Shown here: positions 1 through 12,819 of the stretch, one piece after another | How the letters are laid out: every line of letters starts with the position of its first letter | How positions within the stretch are numbered: position 1 is the first letter of the stretch | DNA from: Vicugna vicugna | Lineage: Eukaryota | Reading direction: 5' to 3' | Assembly: GCA_013265495.1 (NCBI GenBank) | Contig: MU058290.1 | Span: 372,001 to 436,000, forward strand | DNA length: 64,000 bases | The notes under the pieces: generated by a model | Database searches by the model: none | The model's input: only the letters and a program-made list of their open reading frames with translations | Told to the model about the DNA's origin: nothing | Translations under genes and position numbers: made by a program

Positions 1-790
1 GCCTTTCTGAGAATCCTGACACCTCAAGGCAAAACCCTCAAAAATCCTTAAGTAATATATAGATACACTGCTCACTTTAAAAAAATTGTAAATAGAGTTT
101 TAAGTTAGATCAAAGTTTTAAGGGACTATTTTAATTCAATAGGTAGAAGATAAGACCAAATTGAAAGTCATTTTGTTGGTGTCTGGATGTTCAAACTTTT
201 CTTGAATTAACCAACTTTGATGAACACTGAAGAAAGGATAGTACATTTGACATTTTTCATTTCGATTATCAGACCACATTAAGATGTCAGCACTTATTGT
301 TCCAACACTGATCCAGAATAAAAGTGAAGTGCATAAAGATTTCAGTGTGTTGTTTACCTTTTCCACCTCTCTTCTTCTGTTGCCTAACATTTGTGTCTCT
401 AATTCCAAAGATCCAAGTAATTGAAATTCTGTGTCCAATATTAAGGATCTTTTATATCTCATTCTGTAGATACTAATATATGGTTATCATACCTATTTAC
501 ATTTGCACGTACTGTCATTAACCTCCAAACTGCTTGTTGCATAAGATCCTGTCTTTATCTGTGAGAAAATTCTGAAAGAGGAATGAGAAAGTCCAAGATT
601 CAAAGTCTGATCATCTCTAGCACTCTCAAAGTTTGACAGTCTTCAGCAGTATAGTTAGATTATTAGTTATTTAATAGAATACTAAGATCTGAGGGACTTA
701 GAGGTCTCTTAAGAGTGAATATTCCTGAAGATTAAAGAATAAAGTCATCTTTGTCATTGTCATTCTTTTCTCTCCACCCCTTAGGAAGCC

Positions 791-1735
791 ATGAATGTGT
801 CAGGAGTCAAGACTGTGACTGAATTCATACTCCTGAATTTTCCCTGCTCCAGAGAAGTTCAGGTCCTTCTCTTCATGCTGTTCTTTGTGTCCTATATCCT
901 CACATTGATGGGGAATGGGGCCATTGTGTGTGCAGTGAAGCTTGATAACAGGCTTCACACGCCCATGTACACTCTGCTGGCCAACTTCTCATTCTTGGAG
1001 ATCTGTTACATCAACACAACTGTTCCCAATATGTTAAGAAATTTCCTATCTGAGGCCAAAACCATCTCTTTCACTGCCTGCTTCCTCCAGTTCTACTTCT
1101 TCTTCTCCATGGGCACCACTGAGACCTTCTTACTGCCCCTCATGGCTTTTGATCGGTATTTGGCCATCTGCCGACCTCTCCACTATCCTACTATCATGAG
1201 CAGCCATCTCTGCATGAACTTGGTGGCCCTCTGCTGGGTAATAGCCTTCCTCTGCTATCCAGTCCCTATTTATTTTATCACACAACTCCCCTTTTGTGGC
1301 CCCAATACCATTGACCACTTTGTCTGTGACCCTGGTCCTTTACTGGCCCTGTCCTGCATCCCTACCCCTGGAATTGAGCTTTCCTGTTCTATATTGAGCT
1401 CTCTTATAATCTTCATCACCCTCTTCTTCATCCTTTGGTCCTACACCCTGGTTCTCAGAGCAGTGCTGAGTGTCCCTTCAGCGGCTGGCAAGCGTAAGGC
1501 CTTCTCCACCTGTGGTTCCCACTTGGTTGTTGTGTCTCTGTTCTATGGAACCCTCATGGTAATGTACATCAGACCAACCTCTGGAAATCCAGCTGGGATA
1601 CAAAAGATTATAACTTTGTTCTATTCATCAGTGACCCCACTTGTAAACCCTCTGATTTATAGTCTCCGGAACAAGGACATGAAGGCTGCCTTGAAAAAAA
1701 TTCAGATCTGCACAAAAATTAGTCAGAGGGAGTGA
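791..1735 (+). CDS. Olfactory receptor, family 11 (314 aa, intact; subfamily uncertain, possibly OR11J-like)
   Basis: ORF has the OR motifs N-x-S sequon (NVS), LHTPMY, MAFDRYLAICRPLHY, KAFSTCGSHL and PLVNPLIYSLRN. A pyrimidine tract and AG acceptor (783-784) lie 6 nt before the ATG (context gccATG). Confidence 0.95.
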   Translation: MNVSGVKTVTEFILLNFPCSREVQVLLFMLFFVSYILTLMGNGAIVCAVKLDNRLHTPMYTLLANFSFLEICYINTTVPNMLRNFLSEAKTISFTACFLQFYFFFSMGTTETFLLPLMAFDRYLAICRPLHYPTIMSSHLCMNLVALCWVIAFLCYPVPIYFITQLPFCGPNTIDHFVCDPGPLLALSCIPTPGIELSCSILSSLIIFITLFFILWSYTLVLRAVLSVPSAAGKRKAFSTCGSHLVVVSLFYGTLMVMYIRPTSGNPAGIQKIITLFYSSVTPLVNPLIYSLRNKDMKAALKKIQICTKISQRE

Positions 1736-4700
1736 ATGGATAAAGATCAGAATTATTATTTTTGTTCATTTCTATTTCCCATTTAAAAGTAGGTCTTTAT
1801 TCATTTGCACCTAGAGATACAGACTCGAATTGATCTATTACTGCCTAGCCAATAATGAACAGTAGTACACTGAATTAAACCAGTCTTTGCTTCAAATCAG
1901 GATTTGGTAGATAGTAACTAGAATCAAATGTCCTGGATGTCTGGACTTTAGACTCTTCTCTTAACCTGATCTCTAATAAGCACTTGCCCTTTTATCAGTG
2001 ATCACATTCCTGGTCTCTGACCTCATGCTTTTCGACCTCTATTAAGTCCATCCATTCTTACAGTTGGTTTCTCTGGCCTAAAGATCTTTGCCCTACTTCT
2101 GCAGAAGAGAAGAGTATTCACACCTTTCAGATAAATGGAAATTAGTGCCAATAAGTAAAAATCAAACCCCAAATTTTAGTTAATTGACATACAAAAGAAT
2201 AATGATCTAAAGCACTCCCAAATCTCCCAAATCTGTTTCATAATTACTTGAAGAGCTTTTTAAAAGAGTAGATTCCTTTAAAAGAGGCTTTTCTTCAAAT
2301 CTCTTAAATCAAAATGTTTAAAATGTACCCTGGAAATCCTTGTTTTAATGTTACGCAAGTAATTCTGGTACACCTAGACCATCACTAGTTCACAGACTAA
2401 TCTTATAGTGTCACTATTTTAAATAAGTATGTGACTGAGGAACAAAAATCTTTGATTAGTTGGGAAATGTGAAAGAAGTTAGAATGAGTACTATAGGTAA
2501 CTCAAACACTCGTAACAGTAGAAGTTTTTTTCCTGCCTCTGTTTTCAAATCCTCCATTTATAAAATAAGAGATAGACTACATTCTTCCTACCTTTTTTAA
2601 AATCTGTGCAAGATAATTAAGATACCTGGAAATGGGCTTACATTTAAAAAGAAGATAGGTATATAGCAGCAATACAATTTGGGTTAGTTTCACATTAAGG
2701 AAGGTTGAATTGAGCACACAGCCCAAGAGAGGTAAAGAAGACAGAGAGCAAAAGCCAGTGATTTTAGCATACTGAAGTGAAGACAGCTGCCGTGGAATCT
2801 GATGACAGCTCGAGGTGATTTGGCCCAACTATTTGGTCAAAAAATATATTACTCAGTTGGCATCTGGGGTTGATACATTTCATTCATTTATTGAGTAAAC
2901 ATTTATTTACCTCTTTGATATACACTGGGTTTGTATCAATACAGAAGATCGAGTTTCTGCCTTTGTGAAACTACATTCTAGTGAGAGAGACAGATAATAA
3001 GCAGTTAAACCCATAAATCTGTAATTTCAGAAATCGTAAGTAATATACAAAGAATAAAGGAGAGTATGGATATAGAAATTGTTGGGGTAGGATAGGGCAT
3101 AGTTTAGATTGGATGGTCAGAGAATGTGTTTGTGAGGAGGTGATATTTCAAGTAAGGGAATAAGGCATGCAAAGATATAGGGGAATTAAGTTCCACATAA
3201 GTGCATGTTTAATTGTGGGATTTTCAAATTAATAAAGATTAATTTTGGCCAGAAGAAAATGGTGTATGAGGCTGGAGAGGTAGGCATTATCAAATCATCT
3301 AGAATCTTCTGGGTCACAATAACGAGTGTTTTATGTGAACTCTGGGGAAGCCTGCACAATACTAAAACCTAAGGGTAAAGCATAATAAAAATGCTACCTT
3401 AATAAAAATTCCATGTTAATAAAATCCCACCTTACCCATAGTTCTGAGCAATTCTCAATTTGGAACTACGTATTTACTAACATGTTTAATTAAAAATGTC
3501 TTCACTGTATTCCTCCTTGTTTTATTAAGGATTTGATGTATCTAACAAAAAATGTACCAAAAAAAAGAAGAGAAATATGAATTAAAAAAGAAAAAAAATA
3601 GAATGAAGCTTTGTGGATCATAAGATTTTATGCTGGTAGAAAGTCAAATCCCCAAGTATGTTGTCAATGCAATTTAAAACAGAGTGAGGAATGGAGAACT
3701 ATCTGTTATATGACTTTTGTTATCTGTAAAAAGAAAACAAATGGGTTCTTCAGGGGAAGCTTAATTACTGGCTCCTAGGTCTAAAATAATTTCATTCATT
3801 GGGATTCATATTAGAGACACTGTCTTAAGACAGAGTGAACAGTGGTCTCCCAAGTAATGTTTTATATATATGTTTATAGCTGGTTCAATAGAGTTGCTTT
3901 TTATAACATTCCTCAATGAAATACTAAAGCGTTATGTAGAAGTATAACTCAATAGAAGGAATTCTTCCCAGATCTAAGAATTGTGGTCCAAGTATGAGCT
4001 TTCTAATGATCTTCCTTAACCCAAAAGTCTGACCTAGACTTTCATAATTTACTAAGTCTTATTTCAGGAATAGAATTTAGAGTTAATTGCATGTTCACTG
4101 AAGTCAAAGATTAATAACCCTTAAATTTGGCTACCAAAGTTTCTTTCTGTCATGTAGAAATATACTTTAGAGGACTATTCACAAGATTGAAAGGAATTGT
4201 TGATATTATATATTTGCCTTAAGAAGTGTATTACATTTCTTTCTCCACTGAAAGTAATTTTCCTGTACAGGGCTCCCACAGCTGCTTGCTCATGAAAAGT
4301 TAGGAGTTGAAGGAAAGGGTGACCTAAAACTGAAAAAGAAGTGGGACATTCGGGAATGGTTAATCTTGACATGATTGAAAGTTGAGGGCAAAATTTTCTC
4401 AGAACTGGGTTGTTTGAAACTTGACATTAGTTTTCCCATTTAAACCCTGTTAGATAATGTAGTTAAATGCCCAAGTTGTCTCATAAATATCTAGACAATA
4501 CACTATATACCTGCACATATTCTAACCAACATCTATTCCTGATAAAAGTTCTTAGCATACTGGGATAGACAGAAATTTCTTCAATCTCTAAAAAGCATTT
4601 TCAAAAACCTATAGCTAACATTATATTAATGGTCAAAGTGGATGCGTGTCTCCTAAACTCAGAAACAAGACAATAATGTCTGTTCTCACCACTTCTATTC

Positions 4701-4851
4701 GACATTGTGCTTAAAGTGTTAGTGCAATCAAAGAAAAGAAATATAGGGTATCTAGAGTGATAGAAAGTAGATTATCTTTCACTGGATATGAAATGATCAT
4801 CTATGTATAAAATTTAATGAAATCTACAGAAAGGCTACTAGAATTAGTAAG

Positions 4852-5197
4852 TGACAGTTAATAAATGTAAACTTCAATTAAACATACTTGGGCAACCAGA
4901 AGAGTTTTCTTGCCCTGCCATGATAGCAGAGCCCAACAACAAGAGGAAAAACTCCTCTTCTTTCCTGGCAAGGACTCAGCCAATGAAAAGACATGGACTT
5001 TTTGTTTTCTATAGCCCTCCCAATTTCCCCTTTCCCTTTGTAAAAGCTTTTTTTTTCCTTCCTCATGTATGGATTTGCATGTGGCGCATCATGGTTGCAG
5101 ACACTGAACTGCCATTCTAGGCTAATCTTGTATAAGCGCCCCCTCCTTTTTTTTTTGCTGGAGAAATATCTGATAGTCTATTTGTTTCAGGTAAACA
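4852..5197 (+). mobile_element. Solo LTR (ERV1-like) inserted into the L1
   Basis: About 345 bp interrupting otherwise contiguous L1 sequence. It contains a CCAAT box (cagccaatg) and ends '...gtttcaggtaaaCA', with an imperfect 4-bp target duplication. Confidence 0.6.
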
Positions 5198-5930
5198 TGA
5201 GTTTTTGCAAGATTTCAAGATTGAAGAAATATACAAAAATCTCCTGTATTCTATATACAAGTAGCAATAACAATCAGAACTTGATGTTAAAATTCCATTT
5301 ACAATGCTTCAAAATATTAAATAGAGATAAACCTGAAAAGGTGTGAAAGAACTATACAATGAAAATAAAAAACATAGCTGTAAGAAATTAAAGATGTAAA
5401 CAAGTGTAAAAATGTAGCTTGTTCATGGGTTGGAAATTCAGTATTGTTAAGCTGTCAATTCTTCTAAATGTCTACAGATTCTTTGTAATCCCAGTCAAGT
5501 TTTCAAAGGGCTTTTTTTTTTTTTGGTAGAAATTGGCAAACTAATTTTAAAATCCATATGGAAATACAAAGAAATTAGACTAGAAAAAACAAAGTTGGAG
5601 GAGTAACATTGCTTGATTTTTAGACTTATTATAAAGCTACAGTTATCAAACAAATGTGGCATGAGCATTAAGTTAAACAAATAGACCACTGAACAAAATA
5701 TAGAATCCAGAAACAGACACCTATATGTGAAAAACTGGTTTTCAACAAAAGGTGCAAAAGCAATTGAGTGCAGAAAGGAACACCTTGATAAATGGTCCTG
5801 GAATAGTTGGATATCCATGTCCAAAAATACTGAACATCAGTATTTCAACAACCTCACAAAATTTACCAAAATTAACTCAAAACGGGTCATAGTCCTAAGA
5901 ATAAAACATCTAGAAGAAAGCATAGGGTAA

Positions 5931-6140
5931 TATAAAACAGGTAAACAACAAGGACCTACTATACAGCATAAGGAACTATATTCAATTTCTGTAATAAAAT
6001 ATAATGAAAAAATGTATTTATGCATGTATGTTTTTATGTATAACTGAATTACTTTGCTGTACACCTGAAACTAACATTGTAAATTGACTACACTTTAATA
6101 AAAAATGAAAGAAAATGAAACAAAACAAACCTACCCCACT
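5931..6140 (+). mobile_element. Short 5'-truncated L1 3' end nested in the older L1
   Basis: 18-bp TSD gaagaaa(g/a)catagggtaa at 5913-5930 and 6141-6158. L1 3'UTR sequence with AATAAA and an A-rich tail. Confidence 0.8.
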
Positions 6141-6849
6141 GAAGAAAACATAGGGTAAAATCCTTGTGACCCTGTCTTAGGCAGAGATTTTTAAAATACA
6201 ACACTAAAAGCATGATTCATAAAATTACAATATAACAAACTGGAGTCCATGAAAATGAAAAATATCTAGTCTTTGAAAAACACTATTAAGATAAAAGACA
6301 AGCCACAGACTGGGGAAAAATATTGGCACGGCATATATCTATCCAAAGACTTGCAATAGAATGTATAAATAACACTCAAAAATCAGTAAGAAAGCCAAAT
6401 GACCCATTAAAAATGCAAAAAAGATATGAATAGACATTGAACAGAACATATACAGATATCAGATAAGCAAGTGAAAACATATTCAACATCATTAGTCATT
6501 AGGGAAAATACAAATTAAAACCATAATGAGCTACCACTGTATACATACCAGAATGACTAAAATTAAAAAGACTGACCATACAAGTGTTGGTTATGATATA
6601 AAGGAATTGGAACTCTCGCAGACTGTTTGCATGTAAAAATGGCACAGCACTTTGGAAAACAATTTGACAGTTTATTCAAAGGTTAAGCATAAATGTACTA
6701 TTTGATAAAGCCATTCATTCCTCACTATTTACTGAAAAAAAATGGATATGTCAAACGAAGTCTTCCAACAACGAACAAATGTTCGTAGCAGTTTACTTAT
6801 AACAGTCAATAACTGGAAACAACTCAATGTTCGTCAACAGGTGAATGGA

Positions 6850-7960
6850 GAAATTCCTCTTTGAGTTGAGTCCGTTTGGGGACCTATTAGCTTCATGTGC
6901 CTGGATGATTTCTCCCAGGTGGGAAGTTTTTCAGCTATTGTTTCTTTAAAGTAACTTCCTATTCTTTTCTTTCTCTCGCCTCTCCTGGGATTCCCATAAT
7001 GTGCAAGTTGTTTTACTTTATGGTATCCCATCATTCATATAGGCTTTTTCATTCTTTTTCCTTTGTCCTCTTCTGACTGGATAATTTCAAATGACATGTC
7101 TTTGCATTCACAGTTGCTTTCTTCTGCTTGATCAAGTTTGTTGCTCTCTATTGCATTTTTAATTTTATTCATTGTATTCTCCAGCTGCAGAATTTTGGGT
7201 GTTCTTCTTTGTGATTTCTATCTCTCTTGTTCTTCTCATCTTGTTGATGTAAAATTTCTCTTTATTGACATTCTCTATTAGGGACTGTTCCCAGGAATAT
7301 GTGGAAGCTCTTCAGAGTCCTTTTTCTCCAAGTAACTCACTCCCTCACTTTTCCTCCTAGAATTTCTGGTGTGTCTATTGTTTGTGTCAGTTGATATTCT
7401 TAGCCCTAGGTGACAGTGGCTGGTTCCTTTGCCTTAAAGGAATATCCTCCATGTAGATGTTTCTCTCTCTCTTTTTTTTAATGAAGGTACTGGGGATTGA
7501 ACCCAGGAACTCAAGCATGCTATGCACTCACTTTACCACTGAGCTACACCCTCTCCCATGTTGTTTCTCTGTTCTGAGAGAGTTCTGAGTTAGGTGAAAT
7601 AAAGGCAAGCCCTCTGTTGTAGTCTTTCAGGGAGCCCCTAGACAGATCAAAACAAACAGGAAACTTTAGAGGATGAGGTTCATTCTGTTTTCTCAGGAAC
7701 TAAGACCCCATTCTAGGAATATGGACTGTTGTCTTTCAAGTGCTGCTAAGCTGAGGAGGCGGGGATGTGGCATAGGTAAGCTAACATGCCACAAAGCTCT
7801 CCTGCCATGTTTTATTTGTCCTCTTTTTGATTATGCATTCATTTGCTTGCTATAAATCTTTGACTATTTTCCTGAATTTTAGTCAAGTTGATTCTGACAA
7901 TTTTGTCTGTATTTTCAATGTTTCTGTGTAGGAATGTGTCTTTGGAGTTTCCCACTCCAT
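6850..7960 (-). mobile_element. Old L1 ORF1/5' region fragments, antisense
   Basis: T-rich, degenerate L1 ORF1-like sequence. The ORF track shows a remnant (IGSYFKETIAEKLPTW, similar to L1 ORF1 'FKEIIAENFPNL'). Confidence 0.55.
7472..7556 (-). mobile_element. tRNA-derived SINE (camelid-type)
   Basis: Reverse complement reads ggagagggtgtagctcagtggtaaag...gggttcaatccccagtacc plus an A tail, with Pol III A and B boxes. Same family as the copies at 12.2 and 12.7 kb. Confidence 0.8.
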
Positions 7961-10892
7961 CATTTTTATTTAGAGATATATAAGTGGTAAAACTGAAGGA
8001 AAGCAAGGGAATTAATAACACAAAATTCCCCCTTTCCCTTTGCTGCATAGAGAGACTGATGTTGGGAATAGGCTCACAAGAGGCTTCTAAAATGATAATA
8101 TTCCATGTTCTTACTTGGATAAAGAAGAGTACAGGCATTTCTAAATATCATATTCTTTAATCTTTCATATAAATTACATAGACTTTTATGTATGTTTGAC
8201 ATATTTTGATTTTAACATTTAAAATATGTAACAGTTTTTATATATTTATGTTTGACATAGTTTTAAAAAAGGATTTTTGATAGATTTATTAATAAGACCC
8301 TAGAATTGTTTTTTTTTTTTTAATAGCTTGAACCTACGTGAGAACAAAACACTTTAAAACATATATGTCTAGCAACAGGGGAAGAATTAAATAAGTTATG
8401 GTTTATTCACAAATGGGACAATATTAAACTATGAAAAAGAATGCGGCATATCTATTTGTATTCATTTGAATAGGAGGTTATGAAATTTTAAGACAATAAA
8501 AAATAGCTGTGAAATAGTTTGTGTAATATAATCAGTTTAAAGAAATTAAAACCATTATATGTGTATGCATTTGCATGTTTCTATATGTATGAAAACTGAC
8601 CTGTACTAAACTTGTTATTTGTGGGAAATGGGATTGTGAAGAGGGTGGGTGGAAACCTTTATCCTTAACTTTACACTTTAATGTATTGTTTGAAAAATTT
8701 ATGACAAGCATATGTTATTTTGTAATAAAACACATATCAAAACATAGTTTTTAAACCATATAAGTTTTTAAATACTAAAAGTGTAAATAATCCATGGTTT
8801 TGTGACTAAAATATATTCAATTTTAGTGAAGACTGATTAAAGAACTAGCTCACTCCCAGTTCTAAAAACAATTCCTTTCATGACCTGCTTACTATGAGTT
8901 AGTCAGTTAACATGCTGATGTCAGGGATGAAAAAATAAGATACAAGATACTGTCCCTGTCCTCAAAGGGCTTATAGTCTAGCTTAAGAGACACAGACACA
9001 TAGTAGACTCACCTCAAAGAGTCAATAAGTACAATGATGGAATATGACCTGGTGTGTTCTAGGTGCATTATGGAGGGAATCATAGTCCAGTCTGGGGATA
9101 TTAGAAGGATTTTTCTGGTGGGAGTGATATGTGAGTTAAATCTTAACCAAAGAATAGGTGTTCTTAGTGAAGTGATGACAGATGTGCTATTGAGTTTTGT
9201 CCAAAATATTTTCTGTTCCTCTTTCAGCTAATGAATTCAGCTGAATTATTAAAATATTAGTGCTCAATTAAGGTGCAACTTTGATGAATATATCAAGCTT
9301 GTCTTTAGTAGCTTTCGAAGCATATTTTCTGATTCCTTTTCCCACCTTTTTTTTAGGTCCTTCTATCCACCCTGAAGCATGGTGCTCTCCAGTTGTTCAA
9401 GGGGACTTTTAAAGAGATAACTTCTGGTCTTCAGGTGAGGGTTTTCTTTCTTTCTTAGGCTACCACAACGTTTAAATACACATACTTGTAACTATTTAAC
9501 GGGATGATTTGGACTTGGTAGGGTATAAGCACAAAGGAACTTTATTTTTTCTCACCATGCCTATTTCAAACATTTCTGATGTTCTATTTGTCTCCACCTG
9601 TGGATAGTATCTTGGGCCAATGTGATAGCTTTTCTGATTGCTTTCAGTATTAATACATGGTTTCCTTATCCAGGTATTGGAAATTCTAATATAATCTAAA
9701 ACTTAAATTTTAATTTTTTATCCAAATTAAAACATCCCTCAAGATGTTCTGACTCAGGCTTGATCTACATCTTTTCCCCTGCCCTTTCAGTCCTCCTCTT
9801 CCACATTTCTATACTGCTCGTGGTTACTTTAGGTTTGAAGAGGACAGCCTTTTCCTTGACTGGTGGTGTTGCTGTACAGACTTGACAAAAGTTTGTATGC
9901 TGATTTTCCTCTCATGGAGTTTTTTTTCTTTTTTGTGGGGAGGGGAGCACCCTAAAATGCAGTTCTCTGATGTGGGCAATGCTTCACTGGCTGGCTGCTT
10001 ATAACTTCTTTCATCTCTGGATTCTGGTGACCCACCTCATGTAGACTAACTTTTAGGGCTGCTTTACTTTTCGAAGTTGTACTTTTGGGTGGACTCTCCT
10101 TCAAGATGGCCCAGATTTGTTATCTTCTATGAGCTCTAACTAGGGCAAGTGTGGTATTTTGTATTTGTTTTATTATGCTCCTATTATAGCCCATTTCGTT
10201 CTCCTTTTCTCTCAGAGCCAAGTTCTACAATATTTATATATTTTTTCCAGGTATGAACCAGGGACAGTCCAGGTGTCTCTTAAACTCCAGAGAACAAGGG
10301 CAAGTCCTTTGAGTGGTTCTCTTGATGTAATCTTCATTTTCCTAATGAAGGTTGCATGCTGACAACTTACCAAAGATATTCTTACTAATGTTTTCAAACA
10401 AAGTTTTAGCCTCCCTTTTGTATACTGTTGATAGGGATGTTGAACTAAGAATTGTGACACTGGCTTAATAATCTCTTAGTGTATCCATCATTGATGTGTG
10501 GGGTTTCTGCCAAAAATTCAAGACAAGGCATTTTATGGGTTATGTGGCTTTTAAGCAAAGTGTTAGGCAGCCAGGTAGGCAAATAACAATTTGATTCATA
10601 TCTCTTAAAGTTGTGTAGACAGAGATTGTACATTGAAAAAGTCAAAATCTTTCTGGAAGCAAATTTTAAGATTTTTTAAGAGTTGTTTTTACCATGTGTC
10701 AGGTAGAGGTCTCTTCCCATGGAAATACATTTATGAAACTGAAAACACATAAAAATATAATCAAATACATGATGAATTCTGCTTTGCACAAAAGGACTAT
10801 GATGGTTATGAATAAAGCTAAATCAATTTGGATTGAAAGAAGAGGATTATTCTTCTTGCAGAAAGAGAGTCATCAGGTTTCACAAAACCTTT

Positions 10893-11837
10893 TCATGAGG
10901 CTTGAATAATTCTCATTCCACAAAGAATCTGATGGAGGGCAATTTTCATGTCCCTGTTGCGTAGGCTGTAGATGAGGGGGTTTAATACTGGTGTCACTAC
11001 CGAGTATGTCAGTGTGATGATCTTATGCATAGCAACTGAGTTGCCAGATGTGGGGCTCACATACATCACCATAATGGTTCCATAGAACAGAGACACCACA
11101 ACTAAGTGCAATCCGCAGGTAGAGAAAGCCTTCTGCCTCCCAGCTGAAGAAGGAACCTTAAGCACAGCTCTGAGCACCAGGGTATAGGACCCAAGGATGT
11201 ACAAAACGGTGAGAATGATGATAAGAGAGCTCACAGAATGGAATACATGCTCTATGATGGGTGAGGAGGCACAGGACAATGCCATCAAAGGGTCCACATC
11301 ACACAGGAAGTGATCAATGATGTTGGAACCACAAAAGGGTAGTTGAGAAATGAAGAAAATAGGAATTGAATGCCCAAGGAAACCAGTGAGCCAACAAAGA
11401 GACACTAGAATGGCGCAGAACTGCCCAGTCATGATGGAGGGATAGTGCAGTGGATGACAGATGGCCAGGTAGCGATCGTAAGCCATGACACAGAGGAAGA
11501 AGCATTCAGTTGTGCCCAGGGAAAAGAAGAAGTAGAATTGAATGAAGCAACCAGAGAAGGATATGGTCTTGGTTTTGGAAAGAAAATTGACCAGCATATT
11601 GGGGACTGTGCAGGTCACATACCAGATCTCTAGAAAAGAGAAGCTGGCTAGGAACATGTACATAGGAGTATGGAGTCGGTGGTCCCACCTCACAGCACAA
11701 ATGATGGCCATATTCCCAGTCAGAGTCAAGATGTAGACCAACAGAATCACTGAGAAAAAGATGATCTGCATTTTCCAGGGACCAGGAAAGCCCAACAAGA
11801 CAAACTGTGTTACAGTAGATATCCCTGAGTTATTCAT
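10893..11837 (-). CDS. OR11H7: Olfactory receptor 11H7 orthologue (314 aa, intact)
   Basis: All OR motifs are present. The N-terminus MNNSGISTVTQFVLLGFPGPWK and C-terminus CGMRIIQAS match my recollection of human OR11H7. Splice acceptor ttctctccacAG at 11849-11848. Confidence 0.9.
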   Translation of the reverse strand: MNNSGISTVTQFVLLGFPGPWKMQIIFFSVILLVYILTLTGNMAIICAVRWDHRLHTPMYMFLASFSFLEIWYVTCTVPNMLVNFLSKTKTISFSGCFIQFYFFFSLGTTECFFLCVMAYDRYLAICHPLHYPSIMTGQFCAILVSLCWLTGFLGHSIPIFFISQLPFCGSNIIDHFLCDVDPLMALSCASSPIIEHVFHSVSSLIIILTVLYILGSYTLVLRAVLKVPSSAGRQKAFSTCGLHLVVVSLFYGTIMVMYVSPTSGNSVAMHKIITLTYSVVTPVLNPLIYSLRNRDMKIALHQILCGMRIIQAS

Positions 11838-12232
11838 GGTCCCCAGACTGTGGAGAGAAGACAGATAGATAATGACAAGTCACTTTGCTGCTGCGGCATT
11901 TTGAACTTTTCTTAGGACAGGGAATTTGATGCAGGCAAATATATTGAATATTCTAAAACAAGTCTTGAATAAATCCTGGCTTTTCTGAATGAGCCATTTG
12001 GCCCTGATTTCTTTGTAAATGTAGGATTCTAGGCTGCTTGAACTGTCTTTGCCAGTGGACAAAATCAGTTAAACTTCATCTTCTTTTGGTATAAAGAAAT
12101 CTTGAAATAGAGGCAAAAATGGCTTGTCTTATGTCTAATTTTTTTTCCAGTAAAAGCATATGTGGTAATTCATGCTATTCACTTCAAAATGGGAGAACAC
12201 ATATGCTACCATTTTAAAATAAATTTAGATTT

Positions 12233-12358
12233 GGGGGCAGGAGGGTATAGCTTAAGTGGTAGAGTGTATGCTTAGGATGCATAAGTTCCTGGGTTCAATC
12301 CCCAGTACCTCCTCTAAAAATAAGTAAGTAAATAAACCAAATACCACCCCCACAAAAG
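12233..12358 (+). mobile_element. tRNA-derived SINE (camelid-type)
   Basis: gagggtatagcttaagtggtagag (A box) ... gggttcaatccccagtacc (B box), followed by an A-rich tail. Confidence 0.85.
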
Positions 12359-12686
12359 AAACATGTTATGATGCCCAAAAGGACAAAGAGTCAAGAGAAG
12401 CAATGGCTTTGTGCAAGGAGAACATTACTGGGGACTTGAAAAAAACAGGTTTAAATCTGACACTTTCTACAGATTCAAGTGATTTGAGCTTTGACATTAT
12501 TTCAGATTCATTCTCTACCTCTCTTTTTCTTGAGCTATTTTCATTAGATTTCTATCATTTTTTCCCCCATGATACCAGACAAAAAAGGATATTCAGATAA
12601 TAAATTATTTATATATCTTGCTATTTCCTATTTCAAGACGTTGATTTTGCACCACATCTCATTTACAATTTGGTATTTAATCCTTT

Positions 12687-12819
12687 TTTTAAAATTTTTA
12701 TTCTTTTTGCAGGGGAGATAATTTTGTTTGTTTGTTTATTTAATTAGAGGTACTGGTGATTGAACCTACAACCTCATGTATGCTAAGCATGTACTCTACC
12801 ATTGAGCTATACCCTCCCC
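12687..12819 (-). mobile_element. tRNA-derived SINE (camelid-type)
   Basis: Reverse complement of the same consensus. Flanking direct repeat taatccttt at 12678-12686 and 12822-12830. Confidence 0.85.

Larger units (their letters stand above)
4440..6830 (+). mobile_element. Old, degenerate LINE-1 (L1M-type) ORF2/3' region carrying two nested insertions
   Basis: Recognisable decayed ORF2 sequence, e.g. 'ctcaccacttctattcgacattgtgct' and 'caacatcattagtcattagggaaa'. Boundaries are approximate. Confidence 0.8.

Noticed and set aside
12241..12312. tRNA gene
   Set aside because: It has A and B boxes, but is a diverged multi-copy element with an A-rich tail and no clean cloverleaf. A SINE.
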